Shown here piece after piece: positions 47,961 through 48,826 of a DNA stretch of 48,826 bases. The DNA lies in assembly GCA_041619515.1 (NCBI GenBank), contig JBFKDW010000001.1, forward strand, positions 79,129 through 127,954. Direction: 5' to 3'. This stretch comes from Acidimicrobiia bacterium (GTDB taxonomy: Bacteria; Actinomycetota; Acidimicrobiia; Spongiisociales; SHLN01). Below the pieces are notes generated by a model that was given only the letters and a program-made list of their open reading frames with translations, was not told where the DNA came from and did no database searches. The translations under genes were made by a program, and so were the position numbers. Every line of letters begins with the position of its first letter. The stretch's first letter is position 1.

Positions 47961-48067
47961 CGCCTGGTCCACGGTACGCCACATCACCGGCCACGATGCA
48001 CCAGCGAGACGTCGAGTGCTCGACCTCGCGATCTCGAGCGGGCGCTCACAGGTTGCCGTTCGGGACG

Positions 48068-48826
48068 CTACTCTCGTGCGTTCCGCCCCCCGGCCGCACG
48101 CTCCTTCTTCAGCTCCTCGAGCCGCTGATTGAGCACAACCACCCGGCGGGCCGCTTCGTTGGCCTCTGCCTCGAGTTCGACCGGGTCGAGCAGCGCGGTC
48201 TCGAGTTCGGCAACCTCGCAGGCCTGATGGACCGCCGATACCTTCATCTCGATCCCGTCGGGGATTGCCGACACCAGGCCCAATCCCCGAAGCTGCAGGA
48301 GCATGTCCCGCAGTGACTCGTCGAGCAGGGCCCGCCGCTCCTGCACCGCTTGTGCCATCCGGGGGACTTCTCGGCGGAGGCGGCGAGCCTCGAGCCGGTG
48401 CGAGTTCACTTCGTCGTAGACAGTCCACGGTGGGGCGCCATGCTCTTCCTGGAACGCCCGAAACACTTCGTCGATGATTTCCGTTTCCTCCTCCAGCTCC
48501 CGGCGCAGCGCCTCGGCTACCTCGATGGCCGCGGTTCGTTCCCGGATCTCCGTGGTGAGGCGCTCGACGATGACCCACTGGCGGTCGGGATTCACCGCCG
48601 GCCGGCGTCGAAACCAGCCGGCACGGCGCATCGCCGACTCGTCAAAGGCCTCCCGAGCCCGGCTCAGATCTCGGGTCGCCTCCGCCAGCAGCTTGCGTTG
48701 CTCGTCGCGCCGGCGGGTGGCCTCGGACAGCTCCTCGACCAGGGATTGATAGCGGTCGGTGTGGTGCATGATGGCGAAGACGGCGCGTGCCCGCTCGGCC
48801 GCCTCCGGCTGCCGTTCTTCGGCGAC
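48068..48826 (-). CDS. coiled-coil hypothetical protein, 5' end outside the window
   Basis: Frame open from 48826 (VAEERQPEAAERARAVFAIMHH...); E/R/L/A-rich heptads. Confidence 0.7.
   Translation of the reverse strand, partial: VAEERQPEAAERARAVFAIMHHTDRYQSLVEELSEATRRRDEQRKLLAEATRDLSRAREAFDESAMRRAGWFRRRPAVNPDRQWVIVERLTTEIRERTAAIEVAEALRRELEEETEIIDEVFRAFQEEHGAPPWTVYDEVNSHRLEARRLRREVPRMAQAVQERRALLDESLRDMLLQLRGLGLVSAIPDGIEMKVSAVHQACEVAELETALLDPVELEAEANEAARRVVVLNQRLEELKKERAAGGRNARE

Overview
High-GC actinobacterial chromosomal segment, probably Acidimicrobiia-like (inferred from mshD, thrS-HIT synteny, GDWDGDG-repeat protein and many apparent leaderless promoters). 1-12.7 kb is mostly housekeeping: MMPL transporter, HIT, thrS, an APH-like kinase, mshD, patatin, an AlkD-like protein, a GGDEF-EAL protein and a tandem-HTH protein. 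It also holds an Rdx/SelW-type selenoprotein (CxxU with a SECIS-like hairpin) that the ORF track misses. 12.8-38.9 kb is a Wzx/Wzy-type surface polysaccharide locus with many tailoring enzymes (AsnB-like, two FemAB/GNAT, ATP-grasp, kinase, methyltransferase). It ends in an operon of a D-2-hydroxyacid dehydrogenase, a PEP-mutase-like enzyme with a non-canonical EDN(X5)NS motif and a methyltransferase. My top hypothesis is a phosphonolactate-decorated glycan that standard pepM motif screens would miss. 41.5-46.6 kb carries two tandem paralogous lipoproteins coupled to a TIR-transmembrane-WD40 protein, a candidate Toll-like receptor module. A decayed LLM oxidoreductase/ABC-binding-protein remnant follows. 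No rRNA, tRNA, CRISPR array or transposase was recognised. All calls are by eye, without database searches.
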